A DNA stretch of 64,000 nt from Thermoanaerobaculia bacterium. Its GTDB lineage: Bacteria > Acidobacteriota > Thermoanaerobaculia > Multivoradales > JAHEKO01. The notes under the pieces were generated by a model. The model worked only from the letters and a program-made list of their open reading frames with translations, did not search any database and was not told the DNA's origin. How positions within the stretch are numbered: position 1 is the first letter of the stretch; each line of letters starts with the position of its first letter. The position numbers and the translations under genes are program-made. Below, piece after piece: positions 60,430 to 64,000 of the stretch. Location of the stretch: positions 3,659 through 67,658 of the forward strand of contig CALZKB010000010.1 in NCBI GenBank assembly GCA_945787575.1, given 5' to 3'.

Positions 60430-62361
60430 ATGAGTGCCGACGACGCCCAGCCCGCTCCCGCGCGAGAGGTCACCGAGAAGGAATCACGCCAGGTAGCCGA
60501 AGCTTCACGCGAGACGCAGTGGAAGCACCCCAGCTTCTTGCGCGAGATGTTCCTCGGCCGCTTCCGGCTCGACCTCATTCATCCCTATCCCTTGATGGGA
60601 GAGGAGCGGCCCGAGTTCACGGCTTTCTTCGAGGGCTTCAAGCGCCTGATCGCCGAAGAGGTCGATCCGCTCGAGATCGACCTGAGCGGAGAGTATCCGC
60701 CGAAGGTCGTCGACGGCCTACGTCGGCTTGGAGCGTTCGGGATGAAGATCCCGAAGGAGTACGGCGGCCTCGGCTTCAGCAACCGCGAGTACCAGAAGGT
60801 GATGCAGTACCTCGGCAGCGTCGACGGCAGTCTGAGCGCGCTGCTGTCCGCTCATCAGTCGATCGGGGTTCCGCAGCCGCTCAAGCTCTTCGGCACCAAA
60901 GAGCTGAAGGAGAAATACCTCCCGCGCTGCGCCAAGGGCGAGATCTCGGCCTTCGCGCTGACCGAGATGGACGTCGGCTCCGACCCCGCCCGCTTGGAGA
61001 CGACCGCCCGAAAGCAGGAGGACGGATCGTGGATCCTGGATGGCGTCAAGCTGTGGTGCACCAACGGGACGATCGCCGGTCTACTCGTCGTCATGGCCAA
61101 GGACCCCGACACGAACAGGATCAGCGCCTTCGTCGTCGAGACGGCCTGGCCGGGAGTCAAAGTCGAGCAGCGTTGCCATTTCATGGGCCTCAGGGCCATC
61201 GCCAACGGCATCATCAGTTTCACTGACGTCGCGGTCCCCGCCGAGAATCTCATCGGCCAGGAGGGGCGCGGCCTCAAGATCGCGCTCACCACTCTCAACG
61301 ATGGCCGACTGTCGATTCCCAACGGCTCGTTAGGCACTGCCAAGATGTGTGTCGAGATCTGCCGAAAGTGGGGAAGCCAGCGAGTTCAGTGGGGTGCGCC
61401 GGTGGCGCAGCACGAGGCGATCGCCCACAAGATCGCCGACATGGCGGCCACGACCTTCGCGATGGAGTCGATCACGGGACTGGCAACGGCGATGGCCGAC
61501 CTGGGCAACGTCGACATCCGCCTGGAGGCGGCGGCGGCCAAGGAGTGGAGCAGCACCAACACCTGGAGGATCATCGACGAGACGATGCAGGTACGCGGCG
61601 GGCGCGGTTACGAGACCGAGCTGTCTCTGCGCGACCGCGGTGAGGAGCCGATCGGTGTCGAACGGATGATGCGCGACTACCGGATCAACACGATCTTCGA
61701 AGGCTCGAGCGAGATCATGCACCTGCTGATGGCTCGCGAGGCGGTCGACAAGCACCTGCAGGTGGCCGGTGCGCTGATCGATCCCGAGGCCGGAGTCGGG
61801 CAGAGAACGACCGCTTTGCTCAAGAGCGGACTCTTCTACCTCGGCTGGTACCCGACGCGCTGGTTGGGTTGGGGGCGGTGGCCTCGCTACAGCACCTTCG
61901 GCAGCCTCGCCCCGCACCTGCGCTTCGTCGACCGGATGACGCGCAAGCTCTCGCGCCAGGTCTTCCATGGCATGACCCTCTACCGAGCCCGGATGGAGAA
62001 GAAGCAGGCCTTCCTCTTCCGTCTCGTCGACGTCGCCAACGAGCTGTTCGCCATCGCGGCGAGCGTGAGCCGCGCCCGTGCGATGGTCGCGGCCGGGGCC
62101 GCCGACGCCGCACGGGCGATCGAGTTGGCCGATCTTGCAGCGCGCAACGGCCGGCGCCGGGTTGCGCACCTCTTCCGTGACCTCTGGCACAACGACGATG
62201 TCCTCAAGTACCGGCAGGGCGTGAAGGTGGCCAAGGGCGAGCACGCGTGGCTCGAAGAAGGAGCGATCGGACTGCCGGTGTGGCCTCCCCTGGAGGGTGC
62301 GCCGGTTGTTGTCGGCGAGTCCACCGAGAGCCCGGAATCGGTGCGGGCTGGAGTGGCCTGA
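60430..62361 (+). CDS. long-form acyl-CoA dehydrogenase family protein (about 643 aa)
   Basis: ACAD N, middle and C domains (AFALTEMDVGSDP, GLKIALTTLNDGR, RGGRGYETE...RDYRINTIFEGSSEIM) plus an extra helical extension of about 180 aa at the C-terminus. ATG 60430 has AAGGAG 8 nt upstream. Confidence 0.85.
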   Translation: MSADDAQPAPAREVTEKESRQVAEASRETQWKHPSFLREMFLGRFRLDLIHPYPLMGEERPEFTAFFEGFKRLIAEEVDPLEIDLSGEYPPKVVDGLRRLGAFGMKIPKEYGGLGFSNREYQKVMQYLGSVDGSLSALLSAHQSIGVPQPLKLFGTKELKEKYLPRCAKGEISAFALTEMDVGSDPARLETTARKQEDGSWILDGVKLWCTNGTIAGLLVVMAKDPDTNRISAFVVETAWPGVKVEQRCHFMGLRAIANGIISFTDVAVPAENLIGQEGRGLKIALTTLNDGRLSIPNGSLGTAKMCVEICRKWGSQRVQWGAPVAQHEAIAHKIADMAATTFAMESITGLATAMADLGNVDIRLEAAAAKEWSSTNTWRIIDETMQVRGGRGYETELSLRDRGEEPIGVERMMRDYRINTIFEGSSEIMHLLMAREAVDKHLQVAGALIDPEAGVGQRTTALLKSGLFYLGWYPTRWLGWGRWPRYSTFGSLAPHLRFVDRMTRKLSRQVFHGMTLYRARMEKKQAFLFRLVDVANELFAIAASVSRARAMVAAGAADAARAIELADLAARNGRRRVAHLFRDLWHNDDVLKYRQGVKVAKGEHAWLEEGAIGLPVWPPLEGAPVVVGESTESPESVRAGVA

Positions 62362-62497
62362 ACGGGGGGTCTTTCGCCGAGTCCGGTCGGCGGCGATCGA
62401 TCCATGACTGGTGGGCGGCAGGCCCGACGCGCCCGAAGCGTCGGCCCGGTGACGCGAGCACCAGACCTGCAGCACGGGCTGCTAGACTCTGCGGCCG

Positions 62498-63868
62498 ATG
62501 AAGGAGAGGGCGAAGAAGGAACGCGTCGGCATGATCAGCCTCGGCTGTGCCAAGAACCTGGTCGATAGCGAGATCATGCTCGGCCGGTTGCGGGCGAGCG
62601 GTTACGAGGTGGTCGACGGCATCGAAGAGGCGGGAACCGTGGTCGTCAACACATGTGGCTTCGTCGAGGACGCGCGGCAGGAGTCGATCGAGAGCATCCT
62701 GGAAGTGGCGTCCCTCAAGGGTCAAGGCGTCGAGCGGCTGCTCGTCGCGGGATGCATGGTCAATCGCTACGGTTCCGAGCTGGCGACGGAAATCCCCGAG
62801 ATCGACGGGTTCGTCGGTCTCGACGACCTCGACTCGGTAGCCGATGTCGTTCGGATTGGAGGAGGAGCGCCGGAGGCCGGTCCCTCTTTCAAGGTGTTCG
62901 ACCACACCGAGCCTCGCCTGCTGACGACTTCAGGTTACGCATACCTGAAGGTTGCCGAAGGATGCAACAACCCCTGTACCTTCTGCGCGATTCCGATCTG
63001 GCGAGGAGAGCTAAGAAGCCGGACGCTCGACAGCCTCGTCGACGAGGCACGTCAGCTCGAGGCTTCCGGTATCCGCGAGCTTTGCCTCGTCGCCCAGGAC
63101 ACGACTCGCTTCGGCGAAGACCTCGGACTGGGTCGCGAGGGACTCGCCGACCTCGTGGAGACCCTACTCGAGCACACCACCATTCCCTGGATCCGCTTTC
63201 TTTACGCCTACCCGACGACGCTCGGCCACAGAATCCTCGAACTCATGGGCCGCGAGAAGCGCTTCGTCCCCTACCTCGACATGCCGCTCCAACACTCCCA
63301 TCCCGTCATGCTCAGGGCGATGAAGCGTGGTGGAACCGCCGAGCACTATCTGGAACAGCTGGCGATGGCTCGCGAGCTCGTTCCCGGTATCTTCCTGCGC
63401 TCGACCTTCATCGTCGGCTTCCCCGGGGAGCGGGGGGAGCACTTCGATCATCTGCTCGATTTCGTCGATCAGGCGCGTTTCGACCATCTCGGTGCCTTCG
63501 TCTTCAGCCCCGAGCCCGACACGCCGGCTGCCGCCATCGCTTCTCGCGTGCCCCGCCGCACCGCCGCGCTGCGCAAGGACAGGCTCCTAGAAGCGCAGCG
63601 TCCGATCGCGCTCGCCAGCCGCCGGCGGCTCGTCGGACGAAAGCTGGAGGTCCTCGTCGAGGGCGTGTGCGAGGAGACCGAGCACTTGCTGCAGGGACGA
63701 CACCGTGGCATGGCGCCGGGCATCGACGGACGGGTTCTCATCAACGACGGTGTCGCTCGACCCGGCTCCTTGGTCGAGGTGGAGATCACCGAAGCGCACG
63801 CGGACGACGTGATCGGCAAGATCGTCGGCGCGCGCGGTGAGGCCGGGGTCATCCCGGCCGTCAGTTAA
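62498..63868 (+). CDS. rimO: ribosomal protein S12 methylthiotransferase RimO
   Basis: MTTase N-domain (SLGCAKNLVDSE, NTCGF), radical SAM CNNPCTFC, and a C-terminal TRAM domain. An alternative start is ATG 62531. Confidence 0.9.
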   Translation: MKERAKKERVGMISLGCAKNLVDSEIMLGRLRASGYEVVDGIEEAGTVVVNTCGFVEDARQESIESILEVASLKGQGVERLLVAGCMVNRYGSELATEIPEIDGFVGLDDLDSVADVVRIGGGAPEAGPSFKVFDHTEPRLLTTSGYAYLKVAEGCNNPCTFCAIPIWRGELRSRTLDSLVDEARQLEASGIRELCLVAQDTTRFGEDLGLGREGLADLVETLLEHTTIPWIRFLYAYPTTLGHRILELMGREKRFVPYLDMPLQHSHPVMLRAMKRGGTAEHYLEQLAMARELVPGIFLRSTFIVGFPGERGEHFDHLLDFVDQARFDHLGAFVFSPEPDTPAAAIASRVPRRTAALRKDRLLEAQRPIALASRRRLVGRKLEVLVEGVCEETEHLLQGRHRGMAPGIDGRVLINDGVARPGSLVEVEITEAHADDVIGKIVGARGEAGVIPAVS

Positions 63869-63874
63869 CAGACC

Positions 63875-64000
63875 GTGGAGATCTTCGAGGATGCCTGGAA
63901 TCGGGCCGACCTCCCGCGTGAGCTGATCGCGACAATCGGCAACTACGACGGGATTCATCGGGGCCAGCACGCGACCTTGACGCGAGTATGCGAGGCGGCA
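63875..64000 (+). CDS. ribF: bifunctional riboflavin kinase/FMN adenylyltransferase, N-terminal fragment (3' end outside window)
   Basis: GTG 63875 opens a frame reading VEIFEDAWNRADLPRELIATIGNYDGIHRGQHATL. IGNYDGIHRGQ matches the iGxFDGvHxGH nucleotidyltransferase motif. Only 42 codons are visible. Confidence 0.7.
   Translation, partial: MEIFEDAWNRADLPRELIATIGNYDGIHRGQHATLTRVCEAA

Overview
High-GC (roughly two-thirds G+C by eye) bacterial chromosomal segment. It is very densely packed, with about 58 protein genes and one tRNA, and almost all of it is core housekeeping. Gram-negative envelope genes are present: lolE-lolD, bamA-skp-lpxD-fabZ-lpxA and lgt. So are translation and RNA genes (lysS, glyQ-glyS, asnS, tsaE, ybeY, era, rnc, rimO, tRNA-Arg), repair genes (mutL, recO, cinA, nnr) and central metabolism (guaA, ppdK, gpsA, plsY, hpt, mtnP). 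Two tandem proteins with the 'VWFA-related acidobacterial domain' architecture (TIGR03436-like) suggest an Acidobacteriota-like organism; this is an inference. Many genes are joined by 1-14 nt start/stop overlaps (ATGA/GTGA/TTGA). I found no transposase, integrase, prophage, CRISPR array, toxin-antitoxin pair or recognisable defence system, and composition looks homogeneous. I therefore do not claim a novel multi-gene system. The most unusual observations are four damaged genes inside this otherwise core region. asnS is split by a perfect 11-bp tandem duplication. surE has an internal indel that puts its N-terminal half in frame with pcm. A peptidase C25 gene is frameshifted. A C-terminal thiD remnant abuts lgt. 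Secondary points are the VWA-VWA-YqjE-like-ElaB-like module, a Gfo/Idh/MocA oxidoreductase coupled to lpxA, a dockerin-bearing SGNH hydrolase, and promoter geometry suggesting leaderless transcripts. All family assignments come from motif recognition by eye on the supplied translations; no database search was run.
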